A DNA stretch of 54,688 nucleotides from Patescibacteria group bacterium (GTDB taxonomy: Bacteria > Patescibacteriota > Minisyncoccia > Phycocordibacterales > JACOZG01), in contig JBBTQW010000001.1 in assembly GCA_038065495.1 (NCBI GenBank), forward strand, positions 110,137-164,824, in the 5' to 3' direction. The notes under the pieces are model-generated. The model did no database searches and was not told the DNA's origin. It worked only from the letters and a program-made list of their open reading frames with translations. The position numbers and the translations under genes are program-made. This document shows, piece by piece, positions 26,670 through 36,402 of the stretch. Position 1 is the stretch's first letter; every line of letters starts with the position of its first letter.

Positions 26670-27182
26670 TTGGCTAGCAGCACTAGAATTAATCACCAGA
26701 TCCGCGCGGCGCAATTGCGCGTGGTGGACGAACAGGGCGCCAACTTGGGCGTCTTGTCTCTTGGTGAGGCGCTGGTAGCGGCGGAGGCTCGGGGGGTTGA
26801 TCTAATCGAGATCTCGCCGAATGCCGTGCCGCCCGTGGCTAAGCTCATGGACTTTGGCAAGTATCAGTACTTAGAAAATAAAAAACAGAAGCTCTCCCGC
26901 TCCAAGACGCAAGTGACGGAAACTAAGTCGATTCAGGTCAAAATTGGTACCGGCGACCACGACTTGGCCATTAAAGCTGGCAAAGTGACGCAGTTCTTGG
27001 AAGAAGGTCACAGGGTGAAGATAGACTTATTCTTGCCCGGGCGATCTAAATACTTAGACAAGAACTTCTTGAACGAAAGACTAGAGCGACTGTTGAAATT
27101 TGTCGCGGTTAATTACAAAATCTCTGATGCTGTTAAAAAAAGTCCCAAAGGTTTAACAACAGTAATAGAACGCGAGAAATAA
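26670..27182 (+). CDS. infC: Translation initiation factor IF-3
   Basis: INHQIRAAQLRVVDEQG... N-domain and a C-domain. Non-ATG (TTG) start, consistent with infC autoregulation. Followed by rpmI-rplT. Confidence 0.9.
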   Translation: MASSTRINHQIRAAQLRVVDEQGANLGVLSLGEALVAAEARGVDLIEISPNAVPPVAKLMDFGKYQYLENKKQKLSRSKTQVTETKSIQVKIGTGDHDLAIKAGKVTQFLEEGHRVKIDLFLPGRSKYLDKNFLNERLERLLKFVAVNYKISDAVKKSPKGLTTVIEREK

Positions 27183-27191
27183 AAATAAATT

Positions 27192-27389
27192 ATGAAAACT
27201 AACAAATCTTATACGAAACGCCTACGCGTTACCAAAAACGGCAAAATCTTGGCTCGCAAGGGCGGCAAGAACCACTTTAATGCCAAAGAAAATCGCCGGA
27301 GCCAGATGGCTGGCAAGCGCGCCGTAAACTTTGTGATCAAGAATAAGCCGCTTTCTCGCTTTATGCCGAACTTGGTCAAGCGCGGTTAA
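27192..27389 (+). CDS. rpmI: 50S ribosomal protein L35
   Basis: 65-aa basic ORF (MKTNKSYTKRLRVTKNGKI...) in infC-rpmI-rplT synteny. Confidence 0.9.
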   Translation: MKTNKSYTKRLRVTKNGKILARKGGKNHFNAKENRRSQMAGKRAVNFVIKNKPLSRFMPNLVKRG

Positions 27390-27419
27390 TTAACTAAAAT
27401 AATTTTTAAATAAAACAAC

Positions 27420-27764
27420 ATGCCACGAGTCAAAAAAGCCACCATTGCTCTCAAGCGTCGCCGCAAAGTGCTCAAACAAGCTAAAGGTTTTCGTCATGGC
27501 AGAGGTTCTAAGGAGAGATTAGCGCGCGAGTCCCTGCTCCACGCTGGTGTCCACGCCTTTGCCCATCGGCGCGATAAAAAGAACGACTTTCGTCGCCTGT
27601 GGAATATCCAGATCAATGCGGCCACTCGGCCATTAGGCCTATCTTACAGCAAACTAATCAATGCGATGAAAAAGAAGGGTGTGATTATCGACCGCAAAAT
27701 CCTCGCCACGCTAGCGCAGAAGCAGCCAACCGCTTTCTCGCAACTTGTTGAATTTGTGAAGTAG
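27420..27764 (+). CDS. rplT: 50S ribosomal protein L20
   Basis: MPRVKKATIALKRRRKVLKQAKGFRHGR... is a typical L20 N-terminus. Confidence 0.9.
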   Translation: MPRVKKATIALKRRRKVLKQAKGFRHGRGSKERLARESLLHAGVHAFAHRRDKKNDFRRLWNIQINAATRPLGLSYSKLINAMKKKGVIIDRKILATLAQKQPTAFSQLVEFVK

Positions 27765-27801
27765 ATTCTGGAAACAAAAACCAGTTAGGAAAATATAAAA
27801 A

Positions 27802-28443
27802 TTAGAGAATCACGTCTGGCGCACAAGCATTATCTGCCACGCCGGGATTTTTGTAGCTTTTATAATCTGACTCTTTGAGCTTTTCTTGCGTTAGTGTCGT
27901 CACAATCCGCGCCACTAGACTGGCTGGATCTTTATCAAAAATCACACGCTCGCTGTGCCGGTGACCTTTCTCCATAATATCGCGCAAGAGTTGACCCGTG
28001 GGCCACTCGCCGTCCAGCACGCCGGCAAGTTTCTCGTCCTCAAAAGCGATGGTAAACTCGTTGATAGTGCCCACGCGGCCGCAACCGATTAAGACTGCAT
28101 CCGACGAGCGCGTGAGCAAGAGATTACGCCCCGAGAAGCCAAAGCCCGTGTAAACAATCAAATCTAAGTAATCCAGCGGCAAGCCATAGACCTCCACATG
28201 CTCACGCTCGCTGGAGGCTGGCGACATGCCAATCGAGAGGCCACCCGCCTCCTTAGCGCCCATCGCCGCCCAGAGTGGGAAGCCGGTGGTGGCGCCCGTC
28301 ACCAGCACGGCGCCCTGCTTCACAATCTGCCGGCCCAGCTCCTTGGCCATCTCCATCGCATTTGGCCCGCAGTGGCCCGTCTCCGCCGCGCCAGAAACAC
28401 AAATCTTGAACTGCTGATGAGGATGTTTTAAGACTTGTTCCAT
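27802..28443 (-). CDS. LOG/TIGR00725-like Rossmann-fold protein
   Basis: ICVSGAA...VLVTGATTG...DAVLIGCGRVGTINEF pattern of the LOG / lysine-decarboxylase-like family. Confidence 0.65.
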   Translation of the reverse strand: MEQVLKHPHQQFKICVSGAAETGHCGPNAMEMAKELGRQIVKQGAVLVTGATTGFPLWAAMGAKEAGGLSIGMSPASSEREHVEVYGLPLDYLDLIVYTGFGFSGRNLLLTRSSDAVLIGCGRVGTINEFTIAFEDEKLAGVLDGEWPTGQLLRDIMEKGHRHSERVIFDKDPASLVARIVTTLTQEKLKESDYKSYKNPGVADNACAPDVIL

Positions 28444-28445
28444 GA

Positions 28446-29615
28446 TTAATTTTCTAGTTTTACGAACTGGCCATCACGCACCGTTTGCATTTCGAACGCT
28501 TCAGGCGAAGTAATCACAAAGCCCTTTTCGTCAAATTCGATAACTGGCATTGATACGCCATTCTCAAACTTAACGCTGTCTAAACCAATTCTAATATTTT
28601 CTCTAGATATTTCTTTATCTGATTTTACTAAATTTCCAATCACATCAGACAAAACCAAAATTGCATTGTGAGCGGTTACCGCTGAAGGTGAAAGAGGTTT
28701 TTTCTCAAACCGGCTTTCATAAGCTTCGGCAAATTTATCATAGCCATTACCCTGAGCCGGAGTGGCAAAATAGAGTCGATCTTCTAAAAGCGTTGGGCAA
28801 TCCACTAGAGCTTTTGGCGTGCCAGCTGATTCGGTAGAAAGTAGAGGTATAGCTAGTCCCAATTCTCTAGACTGTCTCAAAAAAACGCATTCCAATTCCG
28901 CGTAAGAGCCGAAAATCGCATCTGGATTTTTTGACTTTGCCTTGGCTATCAAAGTTCGATAATCTACCACGGTATAATCCGTACCCATTTCTTTTGAAAC
29001 AATTTCGATCCCAAATTCCGGTGCATTTTTCTCAAAAAGACTGGCTGTGTAGGCCCAGAAACTGAAATTCGCTGGTTCAATGATAGCGATCTTTTTCCAG
29101 CCACGTTCTTTGGCAAACTTCAATAATTCTCTAATACCCACTTCATTTTTTGGCCAAGTGGTAAAAAAGTAAGGCGAATTTATTTTGGTTTCGATGTCAG
29201 TCGAAGCATTAGGACTAATCACCGGAACTTTTTCTTGTCCAGAAACTGATGCCACAACTTCTGCTTGTCCATCCCACTGTGGTCCCACGATCGCTAAAAC
29301 ATTATTAATAGTCATCAATTTGGTCGCCACCGATACTCCTTGTTTCAGGTCCAAAGCTGGTGAGTCTTCAGAAACCAAATCAATCGCGCGTCCAGCAATA
29401 CCACCACGAGCATTTATTTCCTCAACCGCGAGCAAAGCGCCGTTTCTTTCTTCCACACCAATATCAGAACCAATACCCGTTAGGCCAGACATCTGACCAA
29501 TCTTTATTGATCCACCAGAAGTAGAAACTGGCGCTTTTTTGCTAAAACTCAAAATCCCCCAAATTGCCAGAGCAATGACCACGATCCAGATGATAATTTT
29601 CGTTGATTTATCCAT
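28446..29615 (-). CDS. ABC transporter substrate-binding protein (branched-chain amino acid / LivJ-like)
   Basis: N-terminal anchor, then IKIGQMSGLTG...GALLAVEEINARGGIAGRAIDLVSED, typical of Peripla_BP_6. Confidence 0.8.
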   Translation of the reverse strand: MDKSTKIIIWIVVIALAIWGILSFSKKAPVSTSGGSIKIGQMSGLTGIGSDIGVEERNGALLAVEEINARGGIAGRAIDLVSEDSPALDLKQGVSVATKLMTINNVLAIVGPQWDGQAEVVASVSGQEKVPVISPNASTDIETKINSPYFFTTWPKNEVGIRELLKFAKERGWKKIAIIEPANFSFWAYTASLFEKNAPEFGIEIVSKEMGTDYTVVDYRTLIAKAKSKNPDAIFGSYAELECVFLRQSRELGLAIPLLSTESAGTPKALVDCPTLLEDRLYFATPAQGNGYDKFAEAYESRFEKKPLSPSAVTAHNAILVLSDVIGNLVKSDKEISRENIRIGLDSVKFENGVSMPVIEFDEKGFVITSPEAFEMQTVRDGQFVKLEN

Positions 29616-29625
29616 ATTTTCTGTA

Positions 29626-31011
29626 TTATAACGCCAATTCCACGCGTTCGCCAGCCGTGGGCGCTATGGCATCGAGGCCGAGATAATCACGGATTTTCTG
29701 CACCAAGTAGAGCGACGACTTGGGCTCGCCCATCACCACAAACACTTTCTTGAGACTATCAGAAGTTTTGGTCACAAATTCTAATAAATCATTAGAACCT
29801 TTGTGACCCGAATAACCACTCACGGAAATGATTCTTGCTCTGATATCAATTTCTTGGCCCAAGATTTTCACGCGCTTCAAGCCATCCTCTAGCTGCCGGC
29901 CCAAGCTACCGGCCGCCTGGTAACCAGCCAGAATCAGCGCGCTGTGCGGGTCAGATAAATAGCGCTTCTCATGATGAAGTATCCGGCCACCGTTACTCAT
30001 GCCCGAGCCAGCGAGGATAATCTTCTTGCCTTCGCCCGCAATCGCACGGGATTCATCCGTCGCGAGCGTCTGGCGCAATTGAGGAAATTTAAATAAACCG
30101 TGGCTCAAGTTACTCTGCTCGAGCGCTATTTGATTAAAGTATTTCACGTATTTCTCATAGATACCCGTCACCTTAATCGCCAGCGGTGAGTCCAAGAAGA
30201 CCGGCACGGGTGGGATACGCCCTTCGTCCATCATTTTCTCAATCTCATAAATCATCTCCTGTGTTCGTTCAATCGAGAAAACCGGGATCATCAGCGTGCC
30301 ACCAATCTTCATCGTATTCTCGATAATATCTTCCAGCTTCTCGCGACTTAAATCCCGACTCTCATGATTCCGGTCTCCGTACACGCTCTCCATTACCAGA
30401 TAATCAGCGTCTTGTAAGAATTCCGTATCTGGGAGCAATAAACTGGGCGAATTTCCCAAGTCGCCCGTAAAAACTATTTTTTTATTATTAACCACAAACT
30501 CAAACATACTGGAACCAAGAATGTGGCCGGCATCGCGCATCTGCACTGGTATTTTTATCTCGCTATTTTTATCACTCCCCGCTTTCTGTAAAACAAAACT
30601 TTCGTGATAATTCTTCGTCTCCCACAAGCGCATCGCTTGCTCGACATCATTTTCCGTATAAATTGGCGGCAAATTAGAACCGCGTGATTCTTTTTCTAAA
30701 ACTCCCATGCTGTCGATTAAACTTAGCTCCGAAATTTCGCGTGTTGGTGGCGTGGAATAAATTTTACCTCTGAAGCCGTCTTTAACCAGTTTTGGTATGC
30801 GCCCGATGTGATCGAGATGTGCGTGCGTGACGAGCAAGTAATCAATGCTCGCTGGATCGTAAGCAAACTTCTGCCGGTTCTGATCATCGGCTACTTTCGA
30901 GCCTTGAAAAAAGCCACAGTCTACGAGAATTTTTAAATCATCTATTTCCAATAGAAAATTAGCGCCCGTCACCGAGCCAACCCCGCCATGGAAAGTAATC
31001 GCCGCTTTCAT
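29626..31011 (-). CDS. Beta-CASP family metallo-beta-lactamase ribonuclease
   Basis: THAHLDHIGRIP (HxHxDH), followed by beta-CASP and C-terminal RMMBL-like regions. Confidence 0.8.
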   Translation of the reverse strand: MKAAITFHGGVGSVTGANFLLEIDDLKILVDCGFFQGSKVADDQNRQKFAYDPASIDYLLVTHAHLDHIGRIPKLVKDGFRGKIYSTPPTREISELSLIDSMGVLEKESRGSNLPPIYTENDVEQAMRLWETKNYHESFVLQKAGSDKNSEIKIPVQMRDAGHILGSSMFEFVVNNKKIVFTGDLGNSPSLLLPDTEFLQDADYLVMESVYGDRNHESRDLSREKLEDIIENTMKIGGTLMIPVFSIERTQEMIYEIEKMMDEGRIPPVPVFLDSPLAIKVTGIYEKYVKYFNQIALEQSNLSHGLFKFPQLRQTLATDESRAIAGEGKKIILAGSGMSNGGRILHHEKRYLSDPHSALILAGYQAAGSLGRQLEDGLKRVKILGQEIDIRARIISVSGYSGHKGSNDLLEFVTKTSDSLKKVFVVMGEPKSSLYLVQKIRDYLGLDAIAPTAGERVELAL

Positions 31012-31225
31012 GCTAAAAATTTAAACAGTGGCTCTATTATAGCGTATTTCAGCCAACAAAAAAGCCCTATTTCTAGAGCTACTTTGTTGAGGTCGCTTGG
31101 GATATTGTCCTAGAGGTTAATCCAGGTGGGTCTGCGCAACTTAGCACCAAGGTGTCAAATATATTGCAGTCCCTGACAATATTATCTAGAAAATAATCCA
31201 AACGACCTCACCCCCTATTGTCTTC

Positions 31226-31831
31226 TTATTCCAAAATGCCGTCAAGATTGACGTCGTAGATGATTTGTTCTTGCACTAATCTGTAATTTACGAGTTCTTC
31301 TGGCTTGAACCAATGTTTGATTTCTAGTTCCGCTTCCGGAACAGTCCCCGAAGCGTGGATGAGATTCCTGACCGCGCGCGCATCACCGTCACTCATGGCG
31401 TAAGAATCGAGCACGAAGTCGCCACGAATCGTGCCAATGTCAGAAGTTAATGGCTCCGTACCGCCGGTAATTTTCCGAACAACTGGCACAGCGTTCGCAC
31501 CTTGCCAGACCATGGCCACCACCGGGCCGGATGACATGTAGCTCTTCAGTCTCGTCAGCACCGCAGCAGTGACTTCTAGCGGGTCTTCGGACGGTGGCGT
31601 GAGGCCCTTCTTCTTATAACTCGCAATCGACTTCTCACCCGTGATGCGCCGCCACTCGGGATCGAGTGTGTAATGCGCTTCTACGTGTTCCGGCGTGGGC
31701 ACGAGCATTTTGATACCAGCCAGCTTGAGCCCCACGCGCTCATAACGCTTAATAATCTCGCCAATTAAAGTGCGCTGCACACCATCCGGTTTGATCAAGA
31801 CAAGCGTGCGTTCAGTTTTTGGGTGATTCAT
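31226..31831 (-). CDS. ndk: Nucleoside-diphosphate kinase (extended form)
   Basis: ERTLVLIKPDGVQR and the NLIHASG active-site His. At 201 aa it carries insertions relative to canonical Ndk. Confidence 0.85.
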   Translation of the reverse strand: MNHPKTERTLVLIKPDGVQRTLIGEIIKRYERVGLKLAGIKMLVPTPEHVEAHYTLDPEWRRITGEKSIASYKKKGLTPPSEDPLEVTAAVLTRLKSYMSSGPVVAMVWQGANAVPVVRKITGGTEPLTSDIGTIRGDFVLDSYAMSDGDARAVRNLIHASGTVPEAELEIKHWFKPEELVNYRLVQEQIIYDVNLDGILE

Positions 31832-31918
31832 AGTGAAAGTAATCTAACACAAAAAGTCCTTGCCGCCAAATAGCTACAAGAACTTTTTGTTAAAAACTAA
31901 ATAGAGAAAACAGTTTAC

Positions 31919-32140
31919 TTACATCGAGCCACCCATCTTAGAGTCGCAACACTTGCAGTTGCCCTTGTGCGTTACCAATTCGTAGATCGCGGCGAGACCA
32001 ACGAGAACGAAGATGATATTGCTGAGCGTCATGCCGAGCATACCCACCACGTTCCAGTCGCTACCCATAAAGCCGCCCAAGCCCACGAGGCCCCAGTTGA
32101 GGCCACCGATCCAGAGCAAAATTGCAGAAAGCTTATGCAT
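31919..32140 (-). CDS. DUF378-family small membrane protein
   Basis: LLWIGGLNWGLVGLGGF motif. Start trimmed to the ATG at 32140. Cys-rich C-terminus (CKCC). Confidence 0.7.
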   Translation of the reverse strand: MHKLSAILLWIGGLNWGLVGLGGFMGSDWNVVGMLGMTLSNIIFVLVGLAAIYELVTHKGNCKCCDSKMGGSM

Positions 32141-32244
32141 AAGTTTATTTACTATTTTACTGGTTAATAATCCTAACAATTCGACTACTTTATTATATCA
32201 ACTATCAAGCCGAGCAAATAGTAAAACTGGGGATAGTGGAACAG

Positions 32245-33006
32245 TTACTGCGTCAATATTCCCGCCCCACTCTCCGTCACCACAATCGTCTGCTCGAAGT
32301 GGGCCGAGAGTGAGCCATCAGCCGTCTTGACCGTATAGCCATCGTCTAGGAACTTAACGCGCCAGCCGCCGAGATTGAGCATTGGCTCAATGGCCAGCAC
32401 CCAGCCGGGCTGGATCACCGGACCCTCGCCAGCCGGGCCAAAGTTGGCAATCATCGGCTCCTCATGCACTTTATAACCCACCCCGTGGCCTCCCAGGTCG
32501 CGCACCAGGCCATAACCATGCTCTTTCGCGACAGCTTCCACTGCCGCACCGATGTCGGAGATATGCGCGCCAGGCTTGGCGGCCAAGATTCCCTGCTCTA
32601 GGGCATGTTTTGTCGTATCTAGCAGTTCCTGCGCTTCACGCGTGATCTGCCCCACTGGCACGGTAATAGCCATGTCGGTAAAAAGTCCGTCGTGTTTTAA
32701 TCCCAAATCTAAACTAGCAATATCGCCATTCTGCAGAATCCGCTCACTCGGCATGCCGTGGACGACTTCATCATTCACAGACACACACAAGGCAAACTGA
32801 TACGGCGCCGGTGCGCCAGCTGGCTGATAATTCAAGAAAGACGGCCCATCGCCGTTTTGTTTAATCAGCTCCCGCGCGAGTTTATCCAAATCACTGGTTT
32901 TGACGCCCGGCCTCACTACCCTCGCTAATTTATTGAGAATCTCAGCTAAGCGCTTCCCGCCCTCGCGGAGCGTGGCAATCTCGGCTGAACTTTTTGACTT
33001 AATCAT
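32245..33006 (-). CDS. map: Methionine aminopeptidase, type I
   Basis: Pita-bread fold metal ligands in the DIASLDLG, GHGVG and LAIEPM contexts. adk-map synteny. Confidence 0.9.
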   Translation of the reverse strand: MIKSKSSAEIATLREGGKRLAEILNKLARVVRPGVKTSDLDKLARELIKQNGDGPSFLNYQPAGAPAPYQFALCVSVNDEVVHGMPSERILQNGDIASLDLGLKHDGLFTDMAITVPVGQITREAQELLDTTKHALEQGILAAKPGAHISDIGAAVEAVAKEHGYGLVRDLGGHGVGYKVHEEPMIANFGPAGEGPVIQPGWVLAIEPMLNLGGWRVKFLDDGYTVKTADGSLSAHFEQTIVVTESGAGILTQ

Positions 33007-33021
33007 GTCAGCAATTTAAGC

Positions 33022-33609
33022 TTAGACTTTCTCGCCAAGTTTAGCTAAAATATCTGCAAAAACTTGCTCAATACTCTGCTCGCCATCTATCTCAATTACT
33101 TTATTGATCGAACGTAAAAAATCAATCGCCGGTGCGGTGTGTTTGTGGAATTCCGCAAAACGCACGTGGATTTTCTCCGGCGTGTCGCTATCCGGCCGAT
33201 GCTCCACCTGCGCACGCTTGATCTGCCGCTTCATTGATTCTTCTTCGCCAATGTTCAAACAAACAGCCACATAGTCGCGTTGTAACCAAGCCGAAACTTC
33301 GTTAAAGTGTTGCGCTTCGGCCAGAGTTCTGGCTGTACCTTCAAAAATTATTCCCTGGCCACTGGGCGCATAGATTAATTCTTCTTGAAAAACGAGTGAG
33401 GCAAACCACGCGGGCATTAGCAAGCCTTTGTCGTATTCCTCCCTAATCCGCGCGCCCAGATCATCCTGGCGCTGGCGCAATTCGCGGAATTTATCACCGG
33501 ACGAGAAAATCTTATAACCGGTCTTCTCGGCCAAGAGCTTAGCCTGCGTGCCCTTACCCGAGCCAGTGGGGCCCATAAATAAAACAGACTTGATTTTCCC
33601 CTCTTCCAT
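33022..33609 (-). CDS. adk: Adenylate kinase (short lid)
   Basis: P-loop GPTGSGKGTQ. secY-adk-map synteny. Confidence 0.9.
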   Translation of the reverse strand: MEEGKIKSVLFMGPTGSGKGTQAKLLAEKTGYKIFSSGDKFRELRQRQDDLGARIREEYDKGLLMPAWFASLVFQEELIYAPSGQGIIFEGTARTLAEAQHFNEVSAWLQRDYVAVCLNIGEEESMKRQIKRAQVEHRPDSDTPEKIHVRFAEFHKHTAPAIDFLRSINKVIEIDGEQSIEQVFADILAKLGEKV

Positions 33610-33654
33610 GCAGTCTAGTTTAGCACAAGTTTTTAGAACAAGAAAAACCTCAAT

Positions 33655-34926
33655 TTAGTACTCCCGCATCGAGAGTTGGGCATTCACCTGCTTCATAAAT
33701 TCGAGAGCGACGGAAACAACGATCAAGAGCGCCGTGCCGCCAATGGCGAGCGAAGCGAGGCCGGTAACAGCACGCATCACCAGCGGCAAGAGCGCCACGA
33801 TAGCCAAGAAGACTGCCCCAACAAAGGTGAGGCGGTAGAGCACGCGAGCGATATATTCGGCGGTGGGCAGGCCGGGCCGGATGCCAGGAACGAAAGCGCC
33901 GTTTTTCTGCAAGTTAGTCGAGACTGATTCTGGGTCGAAAGTGATGGCAGAGTAGAAGTAGGTGAAGACGAAGATGAGCAAAAAGTAAGCAGCGCCGTAG
34001 AGCCAAGCATTATTTAAGAACGCGAGCACCCAGCCAGAAATATTCTGGAGCCAGGCAATTGAGCTCTTCGTCAAAAAGTTAGCAATCATCTGAGGGAAGA
34101 GCAAGATGGAAAGCGCAAAGATGATCGGCATCACGCCGGCTTGGTTGAGGCGCAGTGGCAGATAAGTCGACATGCCACCGTAAACTTTATTACCACGCAC
34201 GCGCTTGGCATAAGTCACCGGGATTGGCCGCTCGGCCTCGGTCACCAGCACCACGCCGGCAATCACAATGAGCGACACAACTAAGAAAGCGAGATACAAC
34301 GGCACTTGGCTAGGCTCAAAGTTGACTAGCGCCTGGCTCACATCGGTGGGCAAGCGCGCGAGGATACCGGCCAAGATGAGTAACGAGACACCATTGCCAA
34401 TGCCGTATTCGCTGATTAGTTCACCAATCCACATGAGCAAGACGGAGCCAGCGGTGATGGTCACCACAGTCACAAGCTTAGCGGCAAAGCCAAGCGGCAA
34501 GAGCACGCCTTGGCTCTGGAGCAAGGCTAAGAGTGCCAAGCCCTGCAAGACGGCCAGAGGAACAGTAATCAATCTAGAATACTGCGTAAACTTGCGGCGA
34601 CCGGCTTCCCCTTCTTCTTGATACAAACGCTTGAGCGTGGGGAACATGATGGTGAGTAATTGCATAATAATCGAACCGGTGATGAACGGACCCACGCCCA
34701 ACATGAAGATCGAGAGATTAGACAAGCCACCGCCAGAGAACACATTCAATAAGCCCAAGAACTGATTGCCGGCAAAGAAGCGCTCGAGGGCCGCGGCGTT
34801 CACCCCCGGCACTGGGATCGCTGTACCGAGACGGAAGAGCACGAGCGCACCGAGCACAAAGAGAATGCGATTGCGCAAGCCTGGATCAGCCAAGACTAGT
34901 TTAAATTTATGGGTAAAATTATTCAC
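33655..34926 (-). CDS. secY: Preprotein translocase subunit SecY
   Basis: 423 aa, 10-TM pattern, and position after rplO. Confidence 0.95.
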   Translation of the reverse strand: MNNFTHKFKLVLADPGLRNRILFVLGALVLFRLGTAIPVPGVNAAALERFFAGNQFLGLLNVFSGGGLSNLSIFMLGVGPFITGSIIMQLLTIMFPTLKRLYQEEGEAGRRKFTQYSRLITVPLAVLQGLALLALLQSQGVLLPLGFAAKLVTVVTITAGSVLLMWIGELISEYGIGNGVSLLILAGILARLPTDVSQALVNFEPSQVPLYLAFLVVSLIVIAGVVLVTEAERPIPVTYAKRVRGNKVYGGMSTYLPLRLNQAGVMPIIFALSILLFPQMIANFLTKSSIAWLQNISGWVLAFLNNAWLYGAAYFLLIFVFTYFYSAITFDPESVSTNLQKNGAFVPGIRPGLPTAEYIARVLYRLTFVGAVFLAIVALLPLVMRAVTGLASLAIGGTALLIVVSVALEFMKQVNAQLSMREY

Positions 34927-34952
34927 AGTCTGTTTTTTTTATTTTAGTTTTA

Positions 34953-35402
34953 TTAAGCGATTTTGCCGCCAGCTTTCTCAATTTTCTCCCGCGCACTCAC
35001 TGACACTTCGCAACCAAAAAAATTAAAACTTTTTTGTAATGGCCCAGTGGCGAGGATCTTCACTGCTGGCAAAGCGCCAGCGTGACGTCTGATCAACTCT
35101 TTCTCAAGCAAAGCCGCCGGATTAATCGTCGCGCCAGTCTCGAAATATTTGTTTAAAATCCCCAGATTAACCACCGCTGGATTAACGCGCGTGCCATCCA
35201 CCGCAATGGCTCGATTCTTGCCGTAACCGCGGCGCTTGGGAATCTTCTTGATGATATCGCGCAGTTCGGGGCGCAGTTTGCGACCGGCACGAGCGAGCTG
35301 ACCCTTGGTACCCCGACCAGCCGTCTTGCCGCGCTTGCCACCACGGCCAACCTGACGCGCTTGGCGCTGGGGATGTTCGCGTTTAACTTGATGAGTTTGC
35401 AT
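34953..35402 (-). CDS. rplO: 50S ribosomal protein L15
   Basis: GRGGKRGKTAGRGTKGQ motif and synteny. Confidence 0.9.
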   Translation of the reverse strand: MQTHQVKREHPQRQARQVGRGGKRGKTAGRGTKGQLARAGRKLRPELRDIIKKIPKRRGYGKNRAIAVDGTRVNPAVVNLGILNKYFETGATINPAALLEKELIRRHAGALPAVKILATGPLQKSFNFFGCEVSVSAREKIEKAGGKIA

Positions 35403-35435
35403 GTTAGTAAAATTAAAAAGTTTAGTTTAGAAAAA

Positions 35436-36008
35436 TTATTCGGCGAAATTCTCCAGCGCTTTCATTGTTGCCCGCGCGAGGTTTAATTTATTTTTACTCT
35501 TAGAGAACACTTTGGCTGTCACGTCTTTGACACCCGCAAGATTTAAGATAATCCGCGCGGCGCTACCAGCAGCAAGACCACGACCCGGCGCTGGTTTGAG
35601 GAATAATCTAGCACTAGAATATTTGACTAAGACCTCATGCGGCACAGAAGAAGTCTTGGTTAATCTTAGCGTGAGCATTTGCTTCTTGGCGTCATTGCCC
35701 GCCTTTTCCATCGCGGCCGAGATATCACCAGCCTTGCCCACGCCCAGGCCGATCTTGCCCTTGCGGTTACCCGCCGCGATAACGACGGAAAAGCTAAATC
35801 GCCGCCCGCCTCGCACCACGCGCGTTACCCGGCGCACAGCGACGGTGGCCTGATCAAACTCCGATCGTGGCTTATCACCTCGCCCACCGCGCCCGCCGCC
35901 CGGGCGGCCGCCAGCACGATGCTGGCCGCGTGGCGCAAAGCCGCCACGCTCGCGCGGTGCGGAAGTTGGAGTGGAAGCAGGAACAGTGGTTGTAACAGTT
36001 TCGGTCAT
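35436..36008 (-). CDS. rpsE: 30S ribosomal protein S5 (with Arg/Gly-rich N-terminal extension)
   Basis: S5 dsRBD and C-terminal domain (RFSFSVVIAAGNRKGKIGLGVGKA). Synteny supports the call. Confidence 0.9.
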   Translation of the reverse strand: MTETVTTTVPASTPTSAPRERGGFAPRGQHRAGGRPGGGRGGRGDKPRSEFDQATVAVRRVTRVVRGGRRFSFSVVIAAGNRKGKIGLGVGKAGDISAAMEKAGNDAKKQMLTLRLTKTSSVPHEVLVKYSSARLFLKPAPGRGLAAGSAARIILNLAGVKDVTAKVFSKSKNKLNLARATMKALENFAE

Positions 36009-36016
36009 GTTGAAAA

Positions 36017-36385
36017 TTAAAATTCTAAGCCGCCGGCTCTGGCGCCCTCGGCGAGCGACTTGACCCGACCAGCATACACATAGCCACCGCGATCAAAGGC
36101 CACTCGCTTCACCTTTGCCGCCAGGGCGAGCTTAGCCACGGTCTCGCCCACCGTCTTGGCTCGGATCACTTTGGTCTCGCCACTTTTGCCAGATTTACTT
36201 TGCTTAACCACGTCACTAGCCGAGGCCAGAGTGCGGCCCGAGCGATCGTCAATGACTTGCGCATAAATATGCTTACCAGAGCGGAAGACGGCTAATCTTG
36301 GGCGTGAAGCGCTGCCCTCAATGGTTGAGCGCACGCGAGTGTGACGACGGATCCTCTTCTGAACTTTGTAAGCTTGTTTGTTCAT
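36017..36385 (-). CDS. rplR: 50S ribosomal protein L18
   Basis: [20 protein letters not shown] motif and synteny. Confidence 0.9.
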   Translation of the reverse strand: MNKQAYKVQKRIRRHTRVRSTIEGSASRPRLAVFRSGKHIYAQVIDDRSGRTLASASDVVKQSKSGKSGETKVIRAKTVGETVAKLALAAKVKRVAFDRGGYVYAGRVKSLAEGARAGGLEF

Positions 36386-36402
36386 AATTTATTTTATAAA
36401 AA

